Below are positions 39,304 to 53,772 of a stretch of 64,000 bases of DNA, one piece after another. Numbering within the stretch: position 1 is the stretch's first letter; every line of letters starts with the position of its first letter. The translations under genes and the position numbers were made by a program. The notes below the pieces were generated by a model that was given only the letters and a program-made list of their open reading frames with translations, had not been told where the DNA came from and did not search any database. This DNA is from Octopus sinensis (Eukaryota), in the NCBI RefSeq assembly GCF_006345805.1, contig NC_042997.1, forward strand, positions 13,888,001 through 13,952,000, given 5' to 3'.

Positions 39304-40859
39304 ATGTGTATGTATGCATGTATATATGTAAATGTATATATTCACACACACACATATATATATATATGTGTATATACACACGCTCATATACATATATACA
39401 TATATACATACATGTATGTATTATTGTGCATATATGTGCGCAATGTGATGGATTTAAAACTTTTGTATTATTTTGACGTTTCGTGTGAAAAAAATAGTAT
39501 TTTATTCTCAATTAGATTTAGTTTATAAACTCCTGGAGATTATAAACTGTTGATGATGCTTCTTCCATTAAGTTTAGAAAGTAAGTGGTATCATGGACTT
39601 ACCGAAGTTTTCTTTTCTTTTTTTTTAGATATATATTACTTTAACTATACTCACCTGAACACTTTTTAATATATTTTTAAAGTTTATTATAAAGAACGAA
39701 AACTTAGCCGAAAAGACAAAAGGCCGTTGAATTTTGTACACCGAAACACAGCGTTCAATTCCGCTAAGCATTTCATCATCCGTCAGGAGTTTATGAAATA
39801 ATTCTGCTGAGATGTTGAAAATGATATTCTTATACTTTAAAAGAGTGACACTGTGTATAATCAATGAAATATCAATGGGATTGATAGAAACAATAAGAAA
39901 ATACATGGATTTTTAAATATTGATTGTTGCCAAAACATACAAATTTATAATATTTTTCTGAATGGGTGTAATTTTTTTTATTTTATCAGATATGAACAAA
40001 TTGCGTGGTTTTATACTTTTCTTTGGAGCGATAGCTATATAAAGGAATTGGCTTTAACCAACAAAGAAAATATAATCATTGTCTTTCTCTACAGCTCTTG
40101 TATTCTTAAATACTGAAAAATATAATTCTTCAGAACAATGTGTTTTTCCATGCTGAGGAACAGTATGGAAGTGTTGTAGGTTACCATTTCCAAACCCATT
40201 ACTTATCTGTCGAATATTATCTCTTTTTGAAATAATATGATGCGATACAACTTGACACACCGATTCTACCCACAAATATGTACACATACACACACACACA
40301 GAGACAAGCACATATACATACAAACTTACATTCGCATCCTCATATCTTATAATTTGAAGACGCCATCGACCATAGAATCATTGGACTAGAGAACTACTAC
40401 ATATTTCCATATATTATGACATGTGTTACTGTTATAAAGCGGATTTTTGCCACTGTTGTATCCGTCTTTGTACGACGGTTATCGCTCTGAAAGATATTAT
40501 GATCCAAAGTCGTCGATAGGGTGTTTCTATCAGGCACTATATGACCTCACTGTCGTATCCTCAAAGGGATGGATCGGTATAACGCCCAATTGGTATCGTA
40601 GGATAATTACTATATCAGTACAGACACGACTATCAACACAGAGTACACGTACTCTACGTACTCTCACGATACAGGCCGACGTCACCTTATTTACAGTGAC
40701 TGAATCATTTCACTCGTCACCTGGGAAGGGTATATCATTATTACTAATTCCCTACAATATTTCCCCTTTTAGTTTTTCTTAGGAAGTGTCATTTTATTTA
40801 GCAATAATATTTTTATTTACCCCACTTCCTTTTTTTTTAGTTTTCCTTTTTTGTTTTCG

Positions 40860-41475
40860 AGCAATTTAATTTTTTTTTCTTTTGGCATCTATTTTGAGAA
40901 ACTCTGTATGTTTCTTTTTCCTTTCACTTGTATGCCTGGCTTCCATCACCTGCAGTGGTGTTGGTAATTGGAATGTATCATACAATCATTCAATGGTTTC
41001 CTCCACCTTCTTTGGTTCGCTTTCCATGAATCTTTTTTCAGTTGGTTCCTGTGTCTCTTTTGTATACCTTTTCTACTTTTTAACCAATACATCATTTTAC
41101 CTATGTATTTGGTAATTTCGCCTTCTGCTTTCCATTTTTGTATGTCCTCTTATACACATCATCACCAACCTTAAAAAGAATCTTGCTATGTCTTCCCTGG
41201 CACTTTTTCTTTTCTTGACAGGTAACAGTTTATCAAACACTGACTTTACTTTCCTTGCAAACATTAGCTCCGCTGGTGAGCTACCTGCTGGTGTTTTCAT
41301 ATTTGGTGTTACACGGTACTCTCTTTAAAATTGTTGAAGTGCCACCTCATCAGTGCTTTCCTTATTTGCTTTTCTTAAAGCTCTTTTGAAGGTATCAACA
41401 AAGTCTTCTGCCTGTCCATTAGACCTGGGGTGGTATGGCGCCGTAGTTATATGATCTACCGCGAACATTTCATAA
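40860..41475 (-). pseudogene. Gypsy-type LTR retrotransposon integrase C-terminal fragment
   Basis: HITTAPYHPRSNGQAE..VDTFKRAL, YRVTP and SPAELMFARK. Confidence 0.85.
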
Positions 41476-44320
41476 ATTTTTTTTTTAAATCGCCAGATAC
41501 CCGTCGTATATATGTGTGTGCATGTTTTGTCTCCCTCAGCACTTGACAACTGGTACTGATTTGCTTAAAACCCTGTAACTTAGCGGTTCGGAAAAAGCGA
41601 GTGATAGAATAAGTACTGGACTTAAAATTAAGTTCTGAGACGATTCGTTCAACTAAAATTCAAGTCGATTGCCCCAGCACAGTCGCAGTTTATTGACTGA
41701 AAGTAGTAAAAGATAAGTATGAGTCAGCCAGAAACATATCTTCTTTTCAAAGAACTTCTGATAAAATATTTCTGAAGCAGCTGCCTCTGCAAAAATATTA
41801 TATATAGATTAAAAGTAAAATTAATGAGAACAGAACCTTATGCAGACTTTCACATATAAATAACTATTTTCGCTGACATGAAAATTTCCAAGTAAGCTAC
41901 TAATGTGTTATTAACTTACAAGTAAATATATTTCATAAATCTTTGTATGTAGAGGAGATAGCATATTGGAATGAAATATTATATTGTTTCAAATTACATT
42001 AAAACAATATTATTGAATGCCATTTATAATAATAATGTACGCGGAATGTATGAGAACGAATATCTTCCTCAATTGTTTTACTTCCTCGTCATTTATCGAG
42101 CTTGAAAGGATGAAAGGCAAAATCGACATTAGCAGCATTTGAACTCAGAACCTAATGCCGGAATAAATGATATTAAGCATTTTGTTCAGCGTTCTAACTA
42201 TTCTTCCAGCCCACTGCCTTCAAGTACTATTTCAATTGAACTTTACTTGTTTCAAAAAAACCATAAACATTATATTCGACGACAAGCCAGTTACCCACAA
42301 ATCACTTCCGGTATTCATTACTAGCAAGTCTATTTTTTCGTTTGTTACTATTTATTAAATACTAAGTACTACATGTATTTTTCTCCTCATTGAGAATGTT
42401 CCTTTTCTTTTCTCGTCAAAAACCCTATACCCAAAACACTGATGGTTTTTCTTTTTCTTTTTTTTTCTTCTTGTACTTTGGGGTTCTTTTTTACTGAACC
42501 GAAAGGTGCGTTCTTGAGTAAAATACTTTATTTAACGTTGTTCCAGTCCGCTCAGCTGTAATTCAATAACCCACGCAAAGAATGACGTCTCATTCAGAGG
42601 AAAAGTTGTGATCTTGGTCACTTATAAACCATGAAAACCGGGTAACCAGCCCTATAAGTCCTACAACTCTAGTCAGAACTTTACATTTTCCCTTTTATCA
42701 TTAGCTCCCTTCTTTTAATGTTATATAGATTATCTTGTCTTTTTCTCCTTTTTTTAAAATTCAGACGGTAGTATGCAGGAAAGTTTAGCTGTTATTTCTG
42801 GGGAAGTTCGAGTGACCGCACAGTGGTTTTCGCATGCTGACTCGTAGTAAATTTGTCTAACGGACCTACGAGAAAAAGCGTTCTAATCCCGAAGCATACT
42901 GTATTGTGTCTATCAGGAGCTACATTAACTAATTTAACATTTATTTAAGAAAGTAGTAAGTGATCTAAAGGAAGTTTGGCTGTCAATATTGGCTGGTCAA
43001 ATAAAATCCCTGTTCTTAAGCTCCTAGCTTAAAAGATATATCATTGCTAACAGCTTTCGTAGCGAAATATCGCTAGGCAACAACAGGCAGACGGACAATA
43101 TTTTTGTTTGCTACAAGGAAAACCCATATGAATCAATGGTACCAGAACCACAAAACTTCGTAGAGGAGACATTAATTACATCTAGCCGGTAGCATTTGCT
43201 CTCCTCTACTATTTCGTGCTTTTTACCCGTAAGGATTGTATCATTCCAGTACACAATCATTAATGGTCCTAGGACATGCTTTCTTTGTACACCTGCCTTA
43301 CGCCTCCCAGAACAATTTTCAGGCTTATTGCTCGTTGTTCCGCATTGGGTACAAGCTGCAATGTAATTTTCAAGCGTATCTCTTTTACCTAAGATTCAAA
43401 CAAGTCACTTATTGACCCACAGACCATGGAGTATGATTATTTCTTTGGTCCTTTTCAGATTGCAATTTTTGGTGGTCTTATTCGCGACAGACATGAAGCT
43501 GGTATTTATATTTGACCCATGAAACCAACTATCTGACTGTCTTTCTTTTACACTTGTTTCCTTTTTTCAGTGAGATATTTATTGAAAGAGGCAGTGTAAG
43601 TTATGAGTTACTTAGAGTGTATGTAATAGAAGCTGAGAGGAAAGACTGACAGTAAAACAATATCAAATAAATTTAGGTGCCTTCGCGGTGATAACAGAGT
43701 AATACCGAAACTGTTGACAGATATTCATTCATAGTTAGCACCGTGTGTATGTAAACATATATACGTTTAACGTTTAAGATTCAGCGCAGTCTCATTTCAT
43801 ATTATCCTAGATTTTCTTATTCCTGTTTTCTTCTTCATAATACTCTCTTGTTCGTCATTATATCACATTCCTATGAGTATTTAATCAGATTTCATTTCTT
43901 ATTTATCAAAACGCTTGTACGTTTTTTCCGGTAACACGTTTCATCCCTACTTCAAAAACATTATTGATTTCTTTCTTTAGTTTCCTTTCCTAATTCTTAT
44001 CAGCTATCATCTTATCTATTTCTCTTCATTGCAGTTTCTTTACTTTCCTTCTCAAACCAAACTTCTGGATTCATCATAAACAGTTCTTATTCCTTCGCCT
44101 TTTACATACTTTCTTTCTATGCAATGGCCTAAAAATTTCTTATGCATGTGGCATCCCTCCAGCGTCAACTGTTTCGTGTTTATTTCCAAACATATTCGTC
44201 GAACTTCAGCGTTTACAAAACCTTTGGCGGCAAAGTTCTTTAACAAGATCTATAAATATTTATATTCTTGCAAACAATTGTACTATTGAAGGACTATCAA
44301 TTAATGAATACGTACATGCC

Positions 44321-44399
<79 letters not shown>

Positions 44400-44404
44400 G
44401 TATA

Positions 44405-44441
<37 letters not shown>

Positions 44442-45045
44442 GTATGTATGTATGTATGTAAGTATGTATTTTGTATGTATATATATATAAATGAGTCAGC
44501 AAAATGATATTACACCAATGGCAATATTATTTCCTTATTATTTATTTCATTTCCCAGAACAATTATTAGGATTCATACATTGTGGTGCTCAAAGACAAAA
44601 CGACTCCTATGACAACTATGCTCCTATAAATATTAGTATTCTATAACCAGCTTCGGTAAAAATAAATTGGCAGTGGAACTGAGCGTGATTTAACAGAGAG
44701 AAGGAAAAGCTTAATAAGATTTATATTAAAACATATATATGTATATATATATATCTTGAACTAGCTACAACAGGATTGTTTTTCATATTAGTTTAGATTA
44801 GCTTATTGAATATGACAGGGCATAAGATTTTTCTGTTACATTTGGATCACCTTATGTTAACTCAATGCTCACCGAAGTACACAGATATGTACGCACACAC
44901 ACACGCACACACAGACACACAGACACATACTCACAGACTCATACTCACACACACATACTCACACACATTAATATGCATGTGTAAATATATATATATAAAC
45001 GACTGAGTGGGAAACTGAGTGGGAAAGTAGTTTGTGTGTGTGTGT

Positions 45046-45114
<69 letters not shown>

Positions 45115-45136
45115 TGTGTGTGTGTGTGTCGATATA

Positions 45137-45600
45137 AAGGTGGCAAGCTGTCTGAGATTTTAGCATGCTTGGCAGCATTTTGTTCGTCTTTATGTTCTGT
45201 GTTCAAATGTCACTTCAGTGACATTCAAAGTATAGGCCATCATGTTGCACCACCTGAAGCCATCTTTCTGACAGTTCTTTGATCCCGCACTGATATCTGT
45301 TCTTGCCCTAAGAGGCGAAGAACTATTTTGCTCAAGATTTCACATCCTCTTAGTTGATGAAGTGTCGGTGCCCAAGAAGTGAGCCAATAATATTCCGAGG
45401 AAGGCAAGTCCGAACTGTATGCTGGGAATAACATCAGTTCCATTCCCCCAGGTTCCTGTAGTGTATTCCGGGTCGTTCGAATGATGTGAAATCTTATGTT
45501 GTCTTGCTGCAGGAATATTCGTACTCTGTAAAGCAATGTCGAGTATTTCTGCTGCACAATGACATACATCCATTCCAGCTTTTCGAAGTACAGGTTGGCA
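45137..45600 (-). pseudogene. Mariner C-terminal remnant fused to a family A SINE head
   Basis: LQQDNIRFH...FPAYSSDLPSSEYY...DGLYF on the minus strand. The SINE head is on plus at 45137-45210. Confidence 0.75.
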
Positions 45601-45664
45601 CCGATGGTTCAACCATCCGTAATGAACTCAACACGTTCTGAAAGTTAGCCCTTCATTAAGTTAG

Positions 45665-46040
45665 CCCTCTGAGCACCTTTTCAAACTCCACCCATCTAAC
45701 ACCCGTGGACATATTTACTAAGTCAGAAAACAGCACAGCTCCCATGACTTCAGGAAACATTTTTTCACGCTGAGAGTTGCTGAAGCATGGAACAAACTGC
45801 CGGCATCGGTTGTTAGTTGTCGGAGCACTGCATCCTTCAAAACTTCTATGCTTTCTGAGATTCGCCAACACTACACCTGATTTTCTCCCCTCCATACACA
45901 TGCAAGCATGTATCTGACTCATACATTGTTCGCTTTCCAGACATTTTTACATTACTGCATGTACTTTATATGCACTTTCTGACAAGTTGTGGTGCACCTG
46001 AGCACTGTATACAATAATTTCATTATTATCATTATTATTA
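45665..46040 (+). mobile_element. CR1-type LINE 3' end (a second family) with an ATT tail
   Basis: NTRGHIY...RKHFFTLRVAEAWNKLPASVV..STASFK. Confidence 0.85.
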
Positions 46041-46280
46041 ACCACTTCTTATGCACATTGAGAATGCGGAAAAATATCTCCGTCAGATTATGACTTGTTC
46101 CAACCCATGGCTCACTGCCTGCGCATGCGATGATTCATCAACCAAGATGGCGTGGGTGGTTTACTCAAGGAGTTCTTCGCTTTGAAGTACAAGAATCGGT
46201 ATCAGAATGGCATAAAAAACCGACAGAAAGGTGGTTTCAGACAATACAATACGATGGCCACTACTTTGTTGTAACTTGAG
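46041..46280 (+). pseudogene. Mariner C-terminal remnant
   Basis: SDYDLFQPMAHCLR..FIN...EFFA...YQNGI...ERW..IQYDGHYF. Confidence 0.7.
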
Positions 46281-47011
46281 GTATAAAGCATTCAAGTTAG
46301 CAAAATAACTTTTAACTCAACACATTATAACTTGTCTCGTCGCACGTTCGCGTTGATCTACACCGAAGTATCAAATATTTATTAAAAAAATGAATGAGCT
46401 TGCGCAGCATGATAAGATAATATAAATATACCAAATCTATTTACCCCTGAATTTTTAAATTTTGAACTGTCATCCGACAATTCATATAAACATCAAATTC
46501 TTTATCGATTGGAACAGTTCCTTTTGGAAGCTTTTACCTTGGATTTTTGTGTCTGTATTTGTCACTTCTCCATTCGGTACCTGAACTCAACGTACATGAT
46601 GCATAGTTTTAACATATAACTTTTACATGTAGTTTTATTCACTTATTTATGTAAATTTCTATGCATATTAATTTGTTGTGGCTTTAAATTATGCTTTGGA
46701 ATTTGTATTGATTCCCTAGATTTGTTCCTTCTATAAGTTCTCTCTTTATAAAAATGAATCTTTTAAATTTAACTAAATTCTATATTTGTATGCAGCTGGA
46801 GATTGCTCTACATTTTAAAACTGATGTAATACGTGCATTGTTTACTTAAATGGTATCGCATGAAACGATCGTACTACAAAACGTCTGGATAACCTTGCTG
46901 CTTATTTTGATTATAATCACCCCATTTTGAATTGTATAGAGAATACCATACTAAATTATGGTGCCTTTAACTTAAGTACCATATTCAACTGAATCTAAAT
47001 TTTTACTGAAC

Positions 47012-47153
<142 letters not shown>

Positions 47154-47295
47154 TAATATGCATATGTGTCTGTATGTGCATATGGGCATATATATTTATA
47201 TATATATAGTTCAAATTTACAAAAAAACAACAGACGAAGACATGTGTAGGGACAATCGGATGTATTAGTTTAACGTTCAGGGAAAATGAAAAAGT

Positions 47296-47331
47296 CTTTT
47301 ACGTTTAGAGCCTATGCTCTTCAACAGAAAG
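47296..47331 (-). ncRNA. Minimal hammerhead with two core substitutions
   Basis: Minus strand reads CUUU CUGUUGA A GAGC AUAG GCUC UAA ACGU A/AAAG (A6 to U, G12 to U). Confidence 0.55.
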
Positions 47332-48309
47332 GAATAAGAAGTAAAAACGCAGAGGGAATGAAGAAAACGGAGAGAGAAAAACTGCGTAAAGTTCAGTGGT
47401 CCAATATGGCGTGATGACCAGAAAAGAAGAGGTTGAATGAAAGGGAGATAATGATAAAGAAAGATGTTAAATGAAGGAGATAATAAAATAGAGGTTGAAC
47501 GAAAGGAAGATAATAATGGTGATTCCAATGAATTAAAGTGTGCAAACGTGTGTGCGTGTGCATGTGAGAATGGTGTGTGTGAGTCTGCATGTATGAATGG
47601 AGGCGAGTGAATCTGACGTTTGTGTGTCTATATGTGTGTGTTGTGTGTAGTAGTTGATGTGTGCTTTTTCAAGTGGTTCGTGCACGTATATATGTGTGTG
47701 TGACTGGGACCAAATAGTGTGCACAAGTATAGTGTATGTTTGTGGGCGAAAGTTGTTTTTGTCTATACGTGTTGCGTGTGTTTATATGTTGTCTGTGTTC
47801 GATATTATGTGCTTGTATGGGTGTGGGAGGGTGCATGAGGGTGTTTAGTGTGTATACTGAGTTAAAAAAGGTGTGTGGCTGCTTGTATAGTGGTATGTAT
47901 GGTGAAGCTACTGAAGATTGTATGTGGGTGTGTAGATAATAGTGTGTGGTGTGGGTACTGAGAAGCGGTCGGTTCTTATGTGTGAGGAATGGGATGGTGT
48001 TGTGAGAAGGTGTGGGAAAATGTGTGTGTGTGTGTGTGTGTGTTTGTGTGTAATGTTAGGTGACGTGAGTGTTGAGCTGAAAATGGATATTTGTATAGTG
48101 GTGAGGGTACCAAGGTAGGCGCGGAATGTCTCTGCACAAGGATCACCCGGACTTCTGCCCTCGCCATGAACAAGGACTAGTCTTCTCTCTTCCCTCTTTT
48201 TCATCATATAGGCTCAACTCACTTCCTCTCTTTATCTGACACCAACCCCACACCTATTGCCAAACACCCACCACATTCAGCTTCCCCCTTCACCTACACA
48301 TTTGCATAC

Positions 48310-48541
48310 CTATTTCTTTATTACCCACAAGGGGCTAAACACAGAGGGGACAAACAAGGACAGACATAGGTATTAAGTCGATTACATCGACCCCAGTGCG
48401 TAACTGGTACTTAATTTATCGACCCCGAAAGGATGAAAGGCAAAGTCGACCTCGGCGGAATTTGAACTCAGAACGTTAGCGGCAGACGAAATACCGCTAA
48501 GCATTTAGCCCGGCGCGCTAACGTTTCTGCCAGCTCGCCGG
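48310..48541 (-). mobile_element. Full-length family A SINE (tail type ending ...GCCCCTTGTGGGTAATAAAGAAATAG)
   Basis: Intact head CGGCGAGCTGGCAGAAACGTTAGC, B-box and central domain. Confidence 0.92.
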
Positions 48542-48544
48542 ATG

Positions 48545-48870
48545 TTATAGCGAATGAACGGTAGAGCGGAAGTGGCACGAGACGAGGGTGTCATTGCCAA
48601 GTTCCATGTCTCGGAGGTGCTCCGCGTACCAGTCAGCCAAGCGGCGTTCCGTTTGACCAATATACAAGGAAGGACAAACATATAATAAATAACAGGATGG
48701 ACTAAATAATATTACTAGAGGTACAGGTAAAGGAGTCGGTGACGTGATGGAGACGTTGATGGGTGCCTGTGGGGATGGTCGTGTTGGAAAGACAGGGACA
48801 GGTACGATAGCGTAGGCGGGAGCAGGGAAGAAGCAGATGGTGGGGCCAGCATAGGAAAGAAACTGTGGCC
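48545..48870 (-). pseudogene. Penelope-like GIY-YIG endonuclease fragment
   Basis: CSR..RTCP...[10 protein letters not shown], then [20 protein letters not shown]...VSCHF after a frameshift. Confidence 0.85.
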
Positions 48871-48872
48871 TA

Positions 48873-48966
<94 letters not shown>

Positions 48967-49031
48967 GTGTGTATGTATATACATGATTATAAATATATAT
49001 ACATATATGTACATATATATATATGCCTATA

Positions 49032-49110
<79 letters not shown>

Positions 49111-49160
49111 GCATATATATATAGGCATATATACATACATATATATATAATATATATATA

Positions 49161-49422
49161 TCGCGGTTTCGATTCCCAGACCGGGCGTTGTATGTGTTTA
49201 TTGAGCGAAAACACCTAAAAGCTCCACGATGCTCCGGCAGGGGGTGGTGATCTCTGATGTACTCTTTCACCACTCTTTCTCTCACTCTTTCTTCTGTTGC
49301 CTGCTCGCTTAGCCAGCGGGGTGGCGTCATTCGAAGGCTAAACCAATGCGAACGCATTGTGACCAGCGATGTGTAGCAGCATCTGATGGTCTGGTCGGTC
49401 ACGTGATCACGTGACGTGATAT
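49161..49422 (+). mobile_element. Family C SINE, tail type 2, 5'-truncated, in (TA)n
   Basis: B-box GGTTTCGATTCC. Ends GGTCGGTCACGTGATCACGTGACGTGAT before (AT)n. Confidence 0.85.
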
Positions 49423-49979
49423 ATATATATATATAATTATATATACACAGATATGAGTATATGTATATATATATATATATATATACGCATATATATATAG
49501 GCATATATACATATATACACATATATGCATATGCATGGCTATATACATATATATGCATATCTCTATGGATGTTGTTCTTTCACCTGTCTTCGTCTTTTGT
49601 TTTTTGTAAATATGAACTATATATAAGCAAATACGCATATATACTGGAGGTATAACTTCATATATACACTCATATATACACATTCAGACATATATATATA
49701 TATATATATATATACATACAAACACACACATACTTACACACGTCTATTCTCTTAAAGGCCACACAGTTCGCTCAAAGGCACAGTGTTTTTCTTCTTACAA
49801 GAGAAACCTAACACCTGGTTTTGTTCTCATCGTCCAATATAGTGTTCCCTTTTCCTTCATTTTCCCACTGTCGTAATGACATTTTACATGCTATGTCCAA
49901 CAGCAAACTCTTACTACTCATGTTTCCTACTGTCTCACTCTCTTTCTCCCTATCTCATTCTCACTTTCTCCTGAGTGTG

Positions 49980-49980
<1 letters not shown>

Positions 49981-50023
<43 letters not shown>

Positions 50024-50061
50024 TATAAGCATATTTGTACATGCCTATATATGTACACATT

Positions 50062-50115
<54 letters not shown>

Positions 50116-50144
50116 TATATGCACATATATATATATATATGTGC

Positions 50145-50199
<55 letters not shown>

Positions 50200-50259
50200 A
50201 TATGTAAATGTGTATATATATAGGCATGTACAAATATGCTTATATAACTATATGCACAC
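49981..50259. repeat. Foldback inverted duplication centred on (TA)n
   Basis: TAGTTATATAAGCATATTTGTACATGCCTATATAT..CACATTTACATA is mirrored as TATGTAAATGTG..ATATATAGGCATGTACAAATATGCTTATATAACTA. Confidence 0.85.
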
Positions 50260-50488
50260 GCACATACACTCGCGCAAACATACACACATATATACACACA
50301 TATATACGTACATGTATCTATATACGCATGTGTGTATGCGTGTGTTTTCTTGAATACGAAGTGAAGCAAACGGTCTATATATGTTTGTAGGTGAGTAGGA
50401 AGAGAATGAGAGAGAAGGAAGAGAATGAGAAAGAAGGAGAGAAATATCTGGTCTCTATCATTATATTATCTCCCTAGTTGTTGTTGCG

Positions 50489-50560
<72 letters not shown>

Positions 50561-50579
50561 GTTGTTGTTATTATTATTA

Positions 50580-50631
<52 letters not shown>

Positions 50632-50677
50632 CATTATTATTATTATTTTTTTTTTTTTTTTATTATTATTATTATTA

Positions 50678-50730
<53 letters not shown>

Positions 50731-51434
50731 GATGCTGTTGTTGCTGTTGGTTGTGATGATAATTCTTTCCCATGTATCGCCTACATGTGCGGGGTTTTTT
50801 TCCTTCTTTTCTTTTTACATCTTTCAGCCTTTTGCTCTGTGCCAGTTGTCTTAATTCTATTTCCAATTCTCACTATTCCTTGATGCTAATATTTTTCATT
50901 ACCTCTCACTCTCTCTCTCTCTCTCTCTCTCCTTCTCCCTCTCGCGATTTTTCTGTCTCTTTCTCTCTCTCCCTCTCTCTTTCTAGTCCCTCTCTCTCTC
51001 TCTCTCTTCAGTCACACACGCGCACACGCACACACATACAGCTCTTTTTCTGCATAGTCCTCTCATTTCTTCTCTCACACTTCATTTCCCTTCCAAATAT
51101 GTTGGATTTTTACATATTTCTTTGTTATATATGCCCATTCTCACAAACACGCGCACATACACACACATACACATTGATATCTTTCTGCCGTTTGTCTTTT
51201 TCATCCTTAATCTTGCAGTTTCTCTTTGTGTATATATATAAACAATTGCAGCTTGGAAGGTGTTTATAAGCCATTTAAGAAACACACAAAAGCCGTTCGA
51301 TTCACTTCAACATTTAAGTTTAATTTGTCAAAATATTTTCGTCGCTAAAATCCGCGACCTGTTCACTGACAAAAATCCGTGCCGCATATATACATGCATG
51401 CATACATACATACATACATACATACATACATACA

Positions 51435-51468
<34 letters not shown>

Positions 51469-51470
51469 CA

Positions 51471-51537
51471 TACGCTGCAATTGTTTTCGTTTCAGCACAC
51501 GATCTCAGATCAAATCACTTGCTATGCGAGTACATGT

Positions 51538-51608
<71 letters not shown>

Positions 51609-52020
51609 TTTTTCACTTTCTTTGCAATTCTTCATTTTTTCCTACCTTCTGACTAGGTCTTCTTCTGTTATCTTATGTAAATTCTTTCAGTCTCTAAATG
51701 GTAACGATTTGTTAAAGTTATATCAGAGAATAAATTTTTAACATAATCTGCTCCGGTTCTCTGCACTTTGAATCCAAATATCGTTGCGGAGGACTTTGAA
51801 TTCAACACCTTTGGAGTCGATAAATAAAGAACCAATCAAGTACTGAGTCAACTGTTTCCCTCCCCAGCGCCCTCTCTCTCTCTCTCTCTCCACCTCTCTC
51901 TTTCTTTCTCTTTTCTCTATCTCTCCTTCTGCCTCGCGTTCTTTCTCCCGAACACATACACGCATACAGGCATACATACATATATACATGCATACATACA
52001 TACATACATACATACATACA

Positions 52021-52054
<34 letters not shown>

Positions 52055-52218
52055 CATACATGCATACATACATACATACATACATACATACATACATACA
52101 TACATAACATACATACATACATACATACATATACATACATACATATATACATACGCTGCAATTGTTTTCGTTTCAGCACACGATCTCAGATCAAATCACT
52201 TGCTATGCGAGTACATGT

Positions 52219-52268
<50 letters not shown>

Positions 52269-52743
52269 ATATATATATACTTTTTCACTTTCTTTGCAAT
52301 TCTTCATTTTTTCCTACCTTCTGACTAGGTCTTCTTCTGTTATCTTATGTAAATTCTTTCAGTCTCTCTACACAGCAAATGCACACCACATCACCACTAA
52401 ATGGTAACGATTTGTTAAAGTTATATCAGAGAATAAATTTTTAACATAATCTGCTCCGGTTCTCTGCACTTTGAATCCAAATATCGTTGCGGAGGACTTT
52501 GAATTCAACACCTTTGGAGTCGATAAATAAAGAACCAATCAAGTACTGAGTCAACTGTTTCCCTCCCCAGCGCCCTCTCTCTCTCTCTCTCTCCACCTCT
52601 CTCTTTCTTTCTCTTTTCTCTATCTCTCCTTCTGCCTCGCGTTCTTTCTCCCGAACACATACACGCATACAGGCATACATACATATATACATGCATACAT
52701 ACATACATACATACATACATACATACATACATACATACATACA

Positions 52744-52777
<34 letters not shown>

Positions 52778-52811
52778 CATACATGCATACATACATACAT
52801 ACATACATACA

Positions 52812-52843
<32 letters not shown>

Positions 52844-52871
52844 CATACATACATACATACATACATACATA
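51471..52871 (+). repeat. Tandem duplication of about 700 bp bounded by (TACA)n
   Basis: 51471-52150 and 52151-52871 are near-identical. Copy 2 has 31 extra nt at 52348-52378. Confidence 0.9.
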
Positions 52872-53338
52872 CGCGCTGAAGGAACCCGAAGTAGGGCGTT
52901 TACATCAAAAGATTTTGTGGACTTGCTGAAAAGAATGGAACTATATCTATGTGCAAGTGTGCGTGTGTATATGAGAGATAAGTGTTATACAATTATCGTT
53001 TTAATGATTTGCTTTCTTGTAAGCCACACTGGTGTAAAATCTATGATGTAGAAGTCGTGGACTGGCGGTACGATTCACCTCCGATTCGGTTCGGGTACGT
53101 GATGCTGTTAAGTCACAAAATGGTGAAACATCGATATCTTTCCCTCCAGAAAGGGATTTGGAGCGCGTTGCCCCGCCTGTCTATGACTTTCAGGTGTTTT
53201 TACACCCGGTGCTTTGAGAGAGTAGACTCCACCACGCCAATTGGTAGTCTGCCTGCAAACACTCAAGGTGCATCCGTTAAACTATGTGTAGTCGATAATG
53301 TTCATTACACTAGCATCGCTTCTATTTCATACATAAAG

Positions 53339-53412
<74 letters not shown>

Positions 53413-53772
53413 CATATATAGTACAAAGTGAGATAGGGGTTATGAGTGTAACCCACTATGGGATATCAGTTATCCAATATACTGCCAGTGAAGTACCCAA
53501 AAGGCAAATACATAAATGCTTATAGTTGCAATGCAATTAATTCATTTATTGTATTAGATGGGCGAAGGTTAAATATTTTACCTCAAAATCATAATACAAA
53601 TAAGAAAATGGTGGAACAGATTCCTTTCAATCATCAACTTACGGACAATACCAATTTATATTATTTATTAACTACCTAAATAGGAACATCCAAATCCAAC
53701 AGAATAAAACAGAATAAAACAATATACATCAATAAGTAAGATAATACCATAAAAATAATACCTATAAAATGG

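Noticed and set aside
43394-43501. 108-nt AG/GT-bounded plus-strand frame DSNKSLIDPQTMEYDYFFGPFQIAIFGGLIRDRHEA
   Set aside because: The opposite strand reads like a decayed RTE-type LINE end (RDTLENY...GRRKAGVQRK), which explains the lack of stops. No partner exons were found.
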